DNA of 32,272 bases, from IMG/VR virus record IMGVR_UViG_3300017747_002364, positions 1 to 32,272 of that record, one strand, 5' to 3'. Position 1 is the stretch's first letter, and every line of letters begins with the position of its first letter. The position numbers were made by a program, and so were the translations under genes. This document shows, piece after piece, positions 16,083 to 26,043 of this stretch. The notes under the pieces were generated by a model. That model was not told the origin of the DNA. It searched no databases and saw only the letters and a program-made list of their open reading frames with translations. This DNA comes from a virus (lineage: Duplodnaviria; Caudoviricetes).

Positions 16083-16330
16083 ACATTGTGCAATTTCCAG
16101 AAGTTGCAATACAGCTTAACCTGGAACTGCGTAACCATCCTCGCTGCCAGATGATGCTAGCCTCCTTGCCGCAACACGCATCTCTGAATGAACGAGTGGC
16201 AATGATAGCCACCTACTGCGGAGTGATAGTAGATGGCGAGTACGGTGAAGATAAGCTGGAAGGTCTGTTCGAGTTGTTGCTGAAACGAATGCGAGAACTC
16301 AGTACGAATGTAATTGAGACTGTGCAGTAG
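16079..16330 (+). CDS. Hypothetical protein
   Basis: 83 aa, ATGA overlap; last gene of the + arm. Confidence 0.75.
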   Translation: MNIVQFPEVAIQLNLELRNHPRCQMMLASLPQHASLNERVAMIATYCGVIVDGEYGEDKLEGLFELLLKRMRELSTNVIETVQ

Positions 16331-16340
16331 GTAGTACCAA

Positions 16341-16378
16341 ATAAAAAACCCAGAGAGTAGAATCCCTGGGTTTTTTAT
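16341..16378. terminator. Bidirectional Rho-independent terminator
   Basis: ATAAAAAACCCAG...CTGGGTTTTTTAT inverted repeat between the convergent gene arms. Confidence 0.9.
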
Positions 16379-16399
16379 CGTCTTGAGATTTAGTAAGAT

Positions 16400-17146
16400 T
16401 TAAGTATAAAACGGCGGTGCTTTCAACGGACTCGTATCTCTATTACTTTCATAGTGGAAATCTACCATCAGACCAAACACGCTGTCTGTGTTCTCAGTCC
16501 CGCCGTTAGTGACACGCCGGAGAGTTAGCAGAATCAATTCATCAGGCTCAGTCAGCGTAAGTCTGTCTGCATCTCCCACCTCACTAACCATATGCCGCCA
16601 TGCAGTACCGTGCGGAGTTGCAGTGATTGTAGCAAGCAGCGTAGGCGCAGAGAAGTTAGCCTGATTATGTCCAAGAGCACGCTGCATATGGAGTTCCCAG
16701 CGTACAGGCTGCACACTAACTCCAGACGTACTCCAATGCACATGGACGTACCCATAGCCGCCAACTTTCAGATCGTGATTCACATGAAATGGTGCTAGCC
16801 ACACATAGTCACCAACAGCGAATGCGTATTCTTGCCGCTGCAATGTGCCAGCCGCGCCGAAATTAGTAAGCAAGGGGGCAGAAACCCCTCCAGGAGCAGC
16901 GAAGATAGGTGCAGTCAGATCTTTCCAGCCAGTCTCACCAACGCCAAGCGCTTCGAACGCAGCAATACGATACTCATGACTTGTAGCTACTGCGCTACCA
17001 TCAACGCCTACCTTCGCTTCTAGCGCCTCTACTGCATCGTTCAGATTGGTGTGATGTTGCGAATGCGTAACAGGGCCGCTACCCAGTCCATCAGTTCCTA
17101 CAGGATTGCTGAAATCATCCAGAGAAGTTGGGAAATTTGTAGCCAT
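16400..17146 (-). CDS. Putative virion structural protein (fibre-like N-terminus plus beta-rich domain)
   Basis: MATNFPTSLD...HTNLNDAVEALEAKVG N-terminus typical of phage appendage proteins; GGAGG SD. Confidence 0.65.
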   Translation of the reverse strand: MATNFPTSLDDFSNPVGTDGLGSGPVTHSQHHTNLNDAVEALEAKVGVDGSAVATSHEYRIAAFEALGVGETGWKDLTAPIFAAPGGVSAPLLTNFGAAGTLQRQEYAFAVGDYVWLAPFHVNHDLKVGGYGYVHVHWSTSGVSVQPVRWELHMQRALGHNQANFSAPTLLATITATPHGTAWRHMVSEVGDADRLTLTEPDELILLTLRRVTNGGTENTDSVFGLMVDFHYESNRDTSPLKAPPFYT

Positions 17147-17454
17147 CAGAAACCTCCGTTGTAATTCATAGTCTTCGGCAATCCATCATAAGTAGCAGTA
17201 GCTGAATTGAATGAGGAGTCCAGGCCCGCCGCAGTTGGCAGTTGCCCCATGAATGCAGGCTCAGGAGATTTCTGACTGTGCCGCATCATCGTGAATATCT
17301 CACGGATCATATCCTCAGAACTGAGTTCCATTTCTTCCTCTGCATACGGATTGGCTTCCGCAGCAACAGCAGCAGGAGGAACTACAGGAGATGACAGCGC
17401 CGCCACCATCTCATCAAAGTTAGGCAGTCTGCCAAGTTCATCAAACATACTCAT
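17146..17454 (-). CDS. Acidic, low-complexity hypothetical protein
   Basis: GGAGA SD before ATG 17454; stop overlaps the next start. Confidence 0.65.
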   Translation of the reverse strand: MSMFDELGRLPNFDEMVAALSSPVVPPAAVAAEANPYAEEEMELSSEDMIREIFTMMRHSQKSPEPAFMGQLPTAAGLDSSFNSATATYDGLPKTMNYNGGF

Positions 17455-17455
17455 G

Positions 17456-20400
17456 TCATTCTCCATCATTCATAATGGTCTGTAGTGCAGTAGGAGTTTC
17501 TGCTCCAAGCCTGCGACGTAGTTGCTCTGCTTGTGATATGTTGGCATTTTTGTATTGCTGCGCCATGAACTGTGCGAACTCTGCCTGCTTGCCGCCGGTG
17601 CGTGCATACGTCTTAGCGAAGTCTGAGATCTGGGCTTCATCTGGCTCATTGCCGCCAAGGATAGATAGCTTAATCGCCTCTCCAAGCACCTTCCTCTTAG
17701 CTGCATCAGCAGTACGATATGTATTAACTCTGAACATCGTATCATTCACAATGGCTTCATCCAGAGGCTTGGCTCCAGCAATACGAGCAAGACTGCTGAG
17801 ACTATACAGATCATGCGCCATCAGCATATTACCCTGCTGATTCATCGAGATCACTTTCTTGTCATCCCTGCCTGCCGCTTCCAGAATCTGAGCGATACCA
17901 GTAAGCGGGCGGGAGATACCATTCTGCTCAACGCCGCGCAGGAATGTACTCCACACATCGCCGCCAGCCTGTATCTTCTGGTACATCTCTTTGCTGTTAG
18001 CGAAGAAGCGTTCAGTGGCTTGATAGATCGGAGTCTTGGAAGGATCAAGAGGCAGCAGAGTAACGTGCCGTGGATTGATGTCACCGCGGCTATACATATT
18101 AATCTTCAGATCTGGATGGAAAGCGCCGAGGCCATTAGACAAGCCGCCGTACAGCAGCCACTCTCCAGCATCCTTACCTGCTCCAGAGAATATGGCATCG
18201 TACATAGTCTTGTGCTGCGTGTTACCTCCAGCAGATCCGATGATGTGAGTATTGATCGCATTGAACGCTGGCAATCCATTCAGGCCATAGATGGATGCTT
18301 GCAGTCCCATCATCACCGCAACTTCCTTACCTTGTCCTTCTCCGACGTAGCGGAAAATCTGTTGCAGCATATTGAACTGGTAAGTTTGGAACAGGCCAAT
18401 CGCCTGACCAATCGGGCCTTGGAATACAATGGGACGCTGCGAAGCCAGATAGTTACCCTGAGTACGATTCACGAATGTGTTAATATAGGACAGCGCCGAG
18501 TCAGGAGACAACACGCCGTGCTTGACTGCCACATCTGTAATGTCCTTCATCGTCATGGCAGCAACGTAGCGGTTCATTTCCTCCACTAGCTTGTTAGCTG
18601 TCCACTTCTCAGCACCGTCGCCAAGTTTCTTCAGGCTAACCATCGCCTTCTGCACATACGCATTGTCTCCATTGGCGATAGCCATTGCGATATGATCCAG
18701 CGTCTGGTCATACTGCTCAGAGATACTGGTCACAAATCCATGATCCTTAGCCCACTGTCTGCCTACTTTGTCAGAGTGGAATCCACCCAGATGTTTGGCA
18801 ATCAGCTTGGTAGGAGAAGTCATCATGTCTCCAGTACCAGGCGTTTTGATCTGCATCAGTTTAGCCAGCTCTCCTACAGCTTCTGCGTTGCCACCTTGAA
18901 TTGCACGCATCACTGCTTTGGTCTCAGCGCCCAGTAGGACTGCTGAACCTACCGAGTTGTTCAATGCGTTCATTGGATCTGACCGCAGCGCGAATGTTGC
19001 AATAAGAGAGTTGACTTTATTTACAACAGTGGTCAGTGCTCCGCGCGCCACCTTACCATTCATGGCTTCGTACAAAGCACTGTCTACCACCGGGCCTTCG
19101 TATCCTACATTACGAAGTGAGGCATTGATTTCATCCAGATGATCCGTGCTTGTGGCTTTAGAAAACAGTCTGCCAATCCCATCCGTCAGCTTGCTAACTG
19201 CGCTGTCGAAGTACGTATTGGCATTTGCCCACAGCGGATACTCGTCGATCTTGGTAATGTCCAGTGCTAGTTTGATAAGATTAGCAGCAGGATCATTCAC
19301 AGTGTTCTGAGCATACGACAGCGGACTGATGTATCCGAACTTCGATGAAGCAGCCTGAATAGCAGGAGCAGCCACAGAGCGGAAACCTGAGAACTCCTGC
19401 GCATACTTGTGCTCTACGGCGGTACGCACAGTAGCAGCATCCCGCGAGAGATGCCACTCCAGCATATCATTCACGATCTCTTTAGGATCGGTAAGTGGCA
19501 GGAACGAAGAACTTCCGCCTTTACGAGCAAGCGCCACATTGATGTAATTATCCGACAGCGTGCGCTCGAACTCGAACTGGCCAATGGATTTGAAATACTC
19601 CTCAGCTTCTTTCTTGGTGTATACTTTCAATCCCTTGGCAAGCAACTCAGGATCTGTCATGATGCTATTGATCTGAGTCTCCAGCGTCTGCGCGTCCTTG
19701 GCATAGATCATCTTCGAGTGGCCAGTGCCATTCACAGACTTGTCAATCACGTAAGCAAAGTGCGGCGTATTCTTAGGATTGCGTGGAATCGGATAGAACA
19801 CTCCCTCGTCGAAACGATCATGGTAGCCATTGTTGATATTGATCTGCTGCAGAACACCGCGGCGTTTATTATTCAGCTGGATGTGATCGGCAATAAGTTT
19901 CTGCACCAGCGGCGACTCGATAGCAATGGAGTCTGGCATTCCATTAGCAACAGCGCTTGCAACAGATTCATCATACTTGGCAAGTGCTGCCTTGTACAGT
20001 TCTGGCGTATCGAAATCTCCCACGAATGGAGCCTTACCATATACAAGCGCAGTGCCATCCTCATTCAGGAAATACTTATTTGGCAGATTACGCAGTTTCT
20101 CATTGAGCACGCTCCACTCAATAGCATCATCAGTCTGCACAGCCATTTTCTGCAGCGTAGGCGTGAGAGTGTCAGATGTAACCTGCTTGGTTTTCTTGAT
20201 CAGATCATGAGTACGCTGGCCAACGTAGCCAAAGAAACTTGACCACGATCCGTAGTTTCCATTCTCAGCGGTAAGGAATCCTGACCCAGTGCTTGCACCA
20301 ATAGGAGCACCGCGCATACCTGCTGTGCTAGGAAGTTCTTCCCTGAGAAACTGCATGACGATCTTGTCAGCAGCATCACGATACAGTTGCTCTTTCTGCC

Positions 20401-22774
20401 CCACGATTGCCATACCTTCCAGCAGATGCCCATCCACATCTTTAAACAGATTGGATTTGACAATAGCTTTCACAGTGGTAGGAGTGAAGTTAGGATCGAA
20501 CTCATGGCCAACGTCGCGCGCCATCTTACGCAGATGATCACGGGCAGTCCATTGCAGTTCATCAGCCACCGTGCCAGACAGAACTTCTGGAGTAGCATTC
20601 ACAACACGAGCAGCATCAGCCGCAGTAGGAGTACTGGCACGAACAGCTATGTCATCCAGTACAGTCTGCGGAATCGGACGCACCAAGTGGCCCGCGAACT
20701 TGTCAAAACTAGGATGCTTGTCCAGCAGCTTCGGCTGCTTGGATACGATGCCAAAAGCATCTGCAAACATCTCATGCCAGTTGTTTCTGTAATCTATGGA
20801 TGCCTGATCCTTCGCTCTCCACAGATGAGGACGCGCCATCTTACTAAGCGCCATTACCTCATCCCTGATAGCTGCATCGAACGTAGCATCCAGATTAGTA
20901 CGAGTCACGCCACGGGAATCCAGAATGGCCTGGAACATCGAGTGGCCTTCTTCATGCTTGAGAGTGCGAATGATCTCAGAGATAGGCCGATTCAATCCGA
21001 TGCCTTTCTCAATAGCGATCACATCCGCACTAACTCCAGTCTTGCCACTCTTTCCAGCAATGCGATGGAAGAATCCGTAGTACCCACCGGCAGGATCATC
21101 GACAACATTGAAGTTGATACCGAAGTATCCTTTCAGTTTATCCACCAGATCGTCAGTACTCAGCGCCAGCTTACCTCCAGCTATCATACGATCTGCTACA
21201 GCTTTCTGCTGTCCCTTGATGAATTGAGCAATCTGCGCCTGCCCGGAAACAAGATAGGCTTCATCGACTGCCTTACCTTCAGGGATAACCTTGATCTTGT
21301 CGAACCCATCGCGCAATGCTTTCTGCAGCAGCGGAATGTCAGTCTCGTGAAAGAGATGGCTTCCATCATCCAGCAGTTTCGGAGACAACTCTGCCCACGC
21401 GTAGCGAGACTCGACTGCGTCCAGCGGCAGCCCTGTGATATTAAATGCGCGGTACGGATTGTTGTTGTGATTGTATACAGTTGAGCCAACTGCCACACCG
21501 TCGCCGCGAGGCGTAAGAGAAATAGTCTCACCCTTGCGCAACTTGTTAGCAAGTCCGGGAATCGCTGGCTTGTCAGGACTAACTGCTCCAGTCAGAAGAT
21601 CCACAAAGGAAACTCTGTAACTGGTGAGTTCAGCTTGTTCTTCAGGAGTCAGAGACAGCGTAGCTTTGTGTTTAGCAAGCAATGCAGAACGGCGCTTCTC
21701 CGCACCGCTAACCACACCGAGCCGAGTTATGGAGGAAGATTCCAACAACATCTTCATGTTGTCATCGAACGAACTATTCTTAAGAGTCTTGAACAAAGTC
21801 TCTGCTGCTACATCATCTTGGCTGGTCAGCGTATTGAGATGGCCGCGGATTTCATTCCACAAAGTCTGCTGAGTCTTTGCTGCCGTATCTGCCATCCGCG
21901 CCGCGAAGGGGCTATTGGGATCTACAACCGGAAGTCCTTCAAGTTGATGTAACCGTACAAGAATCTTGTCACTGGCAGTAGCAGACTCGATGGGATTGGC
22001 CGTAATCTTCCACGGCTGCAATTCCTTGTCAATACCAGTCAGGCCTTTCTTAATTGCACTGGTAGTAATAACTCCTTGGATAGCGCCGCCAACCACACCG
22101 CCGAGTACGCCGCCAGTCACCACATCCCACATGAGATCGGAACTGGTGCGCTCATTCAGGATGGGAGTATTAAACATAGTGGCATTCACGAATCCAGTGA
22201 ATACTGCACCTTCCATGAAATTCTGCCATACTCCATCACGCAAAGACTTGGCAACATTCTCCTCCATCAGAGAGAATGGATTGCCTTTCGAGCCAAGAGA
22301 CTCAATAGCTTTGCTGAGATACTTCTGGTGGGAGGGGGCCAGCAGACCTAAAGATTCGCCGAATGTACCTCCAAAACTGCCAGCCCCGATTGCCTCCCGT
22401 AACATCAGCTGGCCGCCCCGGAGTACTTTAACTCCGGCCATGCCAGGCACAATGCTGCTTGCAAGAAATCCAGCCGCGTCTATTCCCAGCTTGTGATCTT
22501 CGTAGTAATTAGCCAGATCTGTATCGTACTCAGCAAGACGCTGCTTAGTCGTGGAAGTCTCATACGTACCTTCACCTTGGAAGAAGTTTCCAATGTTGGA
22601 AGGTATATTCGACAGATCATTGTATGTAGCAAATGCGGCCGCGGGAATCCCCTTAGTCACAACATCAGCAGCAGACGACAGAATCCCCTGACCGGAATTT
22701 GGATTGCCCAGCGAGTCATGGATACCTGCGGCAATGAAGTAGGCAGGTACGCTATCCAGAGTTTCTTCAGACAT
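17456..22774 (-). CDS. Giant internal virion (DNA ejection) protein with an internal zincin metallopeptidase domain
   Basis: 1772 aa; Gly/Ala-rich N-terminal helices (GGVLGGVVGGAIQG); HEEGH...HEMFADAF; last of three ejection-type genes. Confidence 0.8.
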   Translation of the reverse strand: MSEETLDSVPAYFIAAGIHDSLGNPNSGQGILSSAADVVTKGIPAAAFATYNDLSNIPSNIGNFFQGEGTYETSTTKQRLAEYDTDLANYYEDHKLGIDAAGFLASSIVPGMAGVKVLRGGQLMLREAIGAGSFGGTFGESLGLLAPSHQKYLSKAIESLGSKGNPFSLMEENVAKSLRDGVWQNFMEGAVFTGFVNATMFNTPILNERTSSDLMWDVVTGGVLGGVVGGAIQGVITTSAIKKGLTGIDKELQPWKITANPIESATASDKILVRLHQLEGLPVVDPNSPFAARMADTAAKTQQTLWNEIRGHLNTLTSQDDVAAETLFKTLKNSSFDDNMKMLLESSSITRLGVVSGAEKRRSALLAKHKATLSLTPEEQAELTSYRVSFVDLLTGAVSPDKPAIPGLANKLRKGETISLTPRGDGVAVGSTVYNHNNNPYRAFNITGLPLDAVESRYAWAELSPKLLDDGSHLFHETDIPLLQKALRDGFDKIKVIPEGKAVDEAYLVSGQAQIAQFIKGQQKAVADRMIAGGKLALSTDDLVDKLKGYFGINFNVVDDPAGGYYGFFHRIAGKSGKTGVSADVIAIEKGIGLNRPISEIIRTLKHEEGHSMFQAILDSRGVTRTNLDATFDAAIRDEVMALSKMARPHLWRAKDQASIDYRNNWHEMFADAFGIVSKQPKLLDKHPSFDKFAGHLVRPIPQTVLDDIAVRASTPTAADAARVVNATPEVLSGTVADELQWTARDHLRKMARDVGHEFDPNFTPTTVKAIVKSNLFKDVDGHLLEGMAIVGQKEQLYRDAADKIVMQFLREELPSTAGMRGAPIGASTGSGFLTAENGNYGSWSSFFGYVGQRTHDLIKKTKQVTSDTLTPTLQKMAVQTDDAIEWSVLNEKLRNLPNKYFLNEDGTALVYGKAPFVGDFDTPELYKAALAKYDESVASAVANGMPDSIAIESPLVQKLIADHIQLNNKRRGVLQQININNGYHDRFDEGVFYPIPRNPKNTPHFAYVIDKSVNGTGHSKMIYAKDAQTLETQINSIMTDPELLAKGLKVYTKKEAEEYFKSIGQFEFERTLSDNYINVALARKGGSSSFLPLTDPKEIVNDMLEWHLSRDAATVRTAVEHKYAQEFSGFRSVAAPAIQAASSKFGYISPLSYAQNTVNDPAANLIKLALDITKIDEYPLWANANTYFDSAVSKLTDGIGRLFSKATSTDHLDEINASLRNVGYEGPVVDSALYEAMNGKVARGALTTVVNKVNSLIATFALRSDPMNALNNSVGSAVLLGAETKAVMRAIQGGNAEAVGELAKLMQIKTPGTGDMMTSPTKLIAKHLGGFHSDKVGRQWAKDHGFVTSISEQYDQTLDHIAMAIANGDNAYVQKAMVSLKKLGDGAEKWTANKLVEEMNRYVAAMTMKDITDVAVKHGVLSPDSALSYINTFVNRTQGNYLASQRPIVFQGPIGQAIGLFQTYQFNMLQQIFRYVGEGQGKEVAVMMGLQASIYGLNGLPAFNAINTHIIGSAGGNTQHKTMYDAIFSGAGKDAGEWLLYGGLSNGLGAFHPDLKINMYSRGDINPRHVTLLPLDPSKTPIYQATERFFANSKEMYQKIQAGGDVWSTFLRGVEQNGISRPLTGIAQILEAAGRDDKKVISMNQQGNMLMAHDLYSLSSLARIAGAKPLDEAIVNDTMFRVNTYRTADAAKRKVLGEAIKLSILGGNEPDEAQISDFAKTYARTGGKQAEFAQFMAQQYKNANISQAEQLRRRLGAETPTALQTIMNDGE

Positions 22775-24687
22775 TATTGTTTAATCTCCTTCAGACCATA
22801 CGCATCTTCCATTGCCTTGTGCGCCGTGCGCGGAATGGAATCTATTGGCTTCAGTGTGCTGTAGAATGGTTGCCCAGTGCGCTGCTCATAAGTCTGCGCG
22901 CCTTGGAACTGGGCTGGCAGATTCGGGAACGGCACAGCAGGAGGAATGAGATTGCCAGCGGCACTAGCAGCAGCGCCCAGTCCATCAAGTGCAACTCCCG
23001 GCGCAGCACTGTAAGCATCAGCAATAGCAGGCCCAGCAGCCCTAGCGCCAGACATTGCAGCTGCTCCTACTCGCGCATAGTCGCTACGCTGCACCACATT
23101 GGAAACGTACAGCTTCTGGATTGCATACTGAACCTTCAGAGGATCTGTGAGATCCACACGCTCGCGGCTAGTTATTAGTCCATATGTTGCATCAGCAAAG
23201 AATCCACCGCCGAGACTGACTGGCGCAGTATAGCTGGTCTGCGAACGCCCTGCGATTTTCCGGAACTCATGCACATCATTATTAATCTTGACTGCGCGAG
23301 TGAAGTAGGAACTCACGAACTTGGCCGCAGTAGTCGCATCCACGGCGCCATCTGCTAGCGCACGGGTAGCGGCACTCAGTATCACATCTGGATTGGAAGC
23401 ACTACGGATAGATGTAGGATCAAGCGCAGGCACCACGTATTTCTGGAATATCGGATGGTTCCTGATCTCAGGAGAGTTCAGCATCGCGGTATAAGCAGGA
23501 GCCTCGAACGCAGAACCTTCTGTGATATTACCTTGCTCCGCATCGAATATCTTCCTGAACTCAGTCTCCTTATTGACTGCAATCATACTCTTATTCGTGG
23601 TCTGCTCTGCTGCCTTAGTTGTGGCCGCGGTCTGCCATCCAAGCACTTTCTCTTGCTGCTTGGTATTAGGCATCCAACCAGTCTTGCGCATATAGTCAAG
23701 ACGGCCATCAATGGTATTGGCAATAGGCACAACAGTGCCAGGCTCCGCAGTCAGTAGCATCAAGCCACGCTGTTTCAGAGAATTTATATAGTCCGCATTG
23801 CCAGCTTTCCACTGGTTGAATCTGTTCATGTCAGCGATCGGTTTCTTACCATCATCAACCAGTGCTGCATTGACAAGCTGCAATTCCATCGCCTCAGCTT
23901 TCTTCTTGTCCTCCAGTTCGCCGAGTTGCATGTCCAGTATCTTCAGGCGACGCTGGTGATCAGCCGCCGCGCGAGCCTCAGTTTTCTGGGTATGAATACT
24001 CTGCTCATTCTTGAGCCACAGATTCAACTGGTGGTCAGTCATCTTCATGCTTTGATCTAGCAGTTCACCCTTCGTCTTGGCGGCAGTCAGTTGAGCAGCG
24101 GCAAAGTGTTGATCTGCCAGATTCTTAGCAGCACCCGCAACAGAAGCAACAGATGCGTCAGTCAGCTTGGTAGCAATGACGGAGGCAGTCTGCGAACTCT
24201 GCTGCACATGGCTGTGCGCCTTGGCAAGAGTATCAGCAGTATTGGTAATCTGCTTGTCCAACGCATCGCGTGCCTGCTGATCCCACGGAAGCGTGAAAGC
24301 ATTGGCCAGCGCGGTGAGTGGATCTTCGAACAGAGACACGGAGGAATCCTCTGTGATCTTGGCATCAATGGCGCGGCGCTTCTGTGCCAGCTGATTTATA
24401 TCCTGTCCAAGCGTAAGCATGAGTTCGGTAATATTGGTAGCCTGAGCAACACGTTGCGTAAGCTGCTGTGCCTCTAGTTCACCAAGCCTCTTGGTAGTCA
24501 GGCTCTGCGCAGTCTCAGTGGTATTTCCAATGAACTGATCCGGGCGCTGAGAAGCAGCCAGCATCTGCTCCGATGCTTGTGTGATTGTGGCATGGACACC
24601 TTGGAGTTCAAGGCGCCTATCTGCGAGTTCAGCCGCGGCCTGGTAGGGATTCAGCATCCCATCCGTAGTTGCAGTATTAGCTGCCAT
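22774..24687 (-). CDS. Internal virion (ejection) protein
   Basis: A/Q-rich helical protein of about 637 aa between the other two ejection-type genes; start at 24687 or 24693. Confidence 0.7.
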   Translation of the reverse strand: MAANTATTDGMLNPYQAAAELADRRLELQGVHATITQASEQMLAASQRPDQFIGNTTETAQSLTTKRLGELEAQQLTQRVAQATNITELMLTLGQDINQLAQKRRAIDAKITEDSSVSLFEDPLTALANAFTLPWDQQARDALDKQITNTADTLAKAHSHVQQSSQTASVIATKLTDASVASVAGAAKNLADQHFAAAQLTAAKTKGELLDQSMKMTDHQLNLWLKNEQSIHTQKTEARAAADHQRRLKILDMQLGELEDKKKAEAMELQLVNAALVDDGKKPIADMNRFNQWKAGNADYINSLKQRGLMLLTAEPGTVVPIANTIDGRLDYMRKTGWMPNTKQQEKVLGWQTAATTKAAEQTTNKSMIAVNKETEFRKIFDAEQGNITEGSAFEAPAYTAMLNSPEIRNHPIFQKYVVPALDPTSIRSASNPDVILSAATRALADGAVDATTAAKFVSSYFTRAVKINNDVHEFRKIAGRSQTSYTAPVSLGGGFFADATYGLITSRERVDLTDPLKVQYAIQKLYVSNVVQRSDYARVGAAAMSGARAAGPAIADAYSAAPGVALDGLGAAASAAGNLIPPAVPFPNLPAQFQGAQTYEQRTGQPFYSTLKPIDSIPRTAHKAMEDAYGLKEIKQ

Positions 24688-25960
24688 TTGCAATGTCCTT
24701 CGCAGTCATGAACAGATTACGGTAGATTGTGTATGCCAGTTCGTACTGACCGTTCTCCAGCGCCTCAACAGCAGGAGCAATGTAGTCACGATTGAACTGA
24801 GCATATACGGTAGCTGCATCCTCGCGCGCAGAGATACGGGACACGATCACAGGCGCCTCGTGGTAGTATTGCTCAATGTCCTCAGGATGATTCTCTTTCA
24901 GCCAAGTGTCACGGAACTCTCGCAACACTGTAAGTTCGTAGCAGTCATCAGGCAGTCCAGAATATTCACAGACTGCGGTAGTAATGAAGCAGCCGATTGC
25001 ATCACCGATGTCAGAAACAACATCTCCTATCGCATCAGTCGCATCAGAGATAACAGGCACATCAAGAGAGTTGGCAATTGCCAGAACTGGGCCGACGCCT
25101 GGGATCATGCTAAGTGCGGCACTCTCTCCAGCACCGCCCCCTGCATTGTTACCGCTAAGAAGATTGAACATGGAACCTACGCCGGGCATACCAACATCAA
25201 GACCTGCTCCTGCTGCATCCATGCCGCCATACAACAGATCTGTTCCAGCAGAGAAATCCACTGCGGCAGATCCAAAATCTCCCATACTGCCATACAGCAA
25301 ATCAGTACCGGCAGAGAAGTCAATAGCAGCGGATGGAAGATTGAAATCTGTCAATGAAGTTCCGAATGCACCAAAGTCAGCAGCGTTGGCTTGCATAGTT
25401 CCGAGAGGATCCATTACATCGCCCCAGTCTCCAGCAATACTGGAGGCGCCCATCCCTGCTTGTGCTATATCTGCACTAATGGGAGCATCCTTGAGGCCAC
25501 CTGAGAACAGTTCGCTAATTAGTTCCTTGCCCTTCTTGGAACCAGCAAATGCAGCGCCACCTGCAAGCAACGCGCCGAGCATACTATTCTTACCTGATAG
25601 CATGCCGGGTGTGATATTCTTCTGAGTGGAAGGCTCTTTGATAACGGTAGTACCAGCTCTGGCTTTCTCTACCTCAGCAGCAGATCGCGCCATCAGGTCA
25701 TTCACCATCATGGAGCGCACATTGGTATTGTACAGACCTGCTCCGCGCTGTCCCTGAGCAACCGCCGCCAGACCTGGCCTACCGCTAGTACCTTCCATCA
25801 GAGATTTCAGCAGCGCATCGACGCCAGCTTGCGAGATGTTATTCTGCGTAGTCTGACTACCGCCAGAGATTGTCTGGGACGTGCTGGAGCCAAACAGCTT
25901 CGATGGAATTCCCATCAATGCATTGATAAGTTCTATATTCGACTGAGCAGGAGTAGCCAT
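24677..25960 (-). CDS. Internal virion/pilot-like protein with a C-terminal CFI-box-CTERM-like domain
   Basis: G/A/S-rich body with SSTSQT and TTQ motifs; C-terminal GCFITTAVC...ELTVLREFRDTWL...YYHEAP. Confidence 0.75.
   Translation of the reverse strand: MATPAQSNIELINALMGIPSKLFGSSTSQTISGGSQTTQNNISQAGVDALLKSLMEGTSGRPGLAAVAQGQRGAGLYNTNVRSMMVNDLMARSAAEVEKARAGTTVIKEPSTQKNITPGMLSGKNSMLGALLAGGAAFAGSKKGKELISELFSGGLKDAPISADIAQAGMGASSIAGDWGDVMDPLGTMQANAADFGAFGTSLTDFNLPSAAIDFSAGTDLLYGSMGDFGSAAVDFSAGTDLLYGGMDAAGAGLDVGMPGVGSMFNLLSGNNAGGGAGESAALSMIPGVGPVLAIANSLDVPVISDATDAIGDVVSDIGDAIGCFITTAVCEYSGLPDDCYELTVLREFRDTWLKENHPEDIEQYYHEAPVIVSRISAREDAATVYAQFNRDYIAPAVEALENGQYELAYTIYRNLFMTAKDIANGS
25220..25331 (-). 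repeat. 63-bp intragenic tandem duplication (DFSAGTDLLYG twice)
   Basis: AIDFSAGTDLLYGSM / AVDFSAGTDLLYGGM; the DNA copies differ mainly at synonymous sites. Confidence 0.85.
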
Positions 25961-26043
25961 GTTGTTCTCCGGGTTAGAGCTGAATTGTGAATTGGGACTA
26001 TGTTATTGCAACACACCATACTGGTGTGAGAGGGGTCTGTATA

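Noticed and set aside
17813-21484. Long + strand ORFs (258, 277 and 365 aa) inside the giant ejection gene
   Set aside because: Antisense shadows with atypical composition and no motifs
17456-22774. Giant protein as an N4-like virion RNA polymerase or tape measure protein
   Set aside because: No RNAP catalytic motifs recognised and much shorter than N4 vRNAP; the context (nozzle plus three internal proteins, no tail tube genes) fits a podovirus ejection protein
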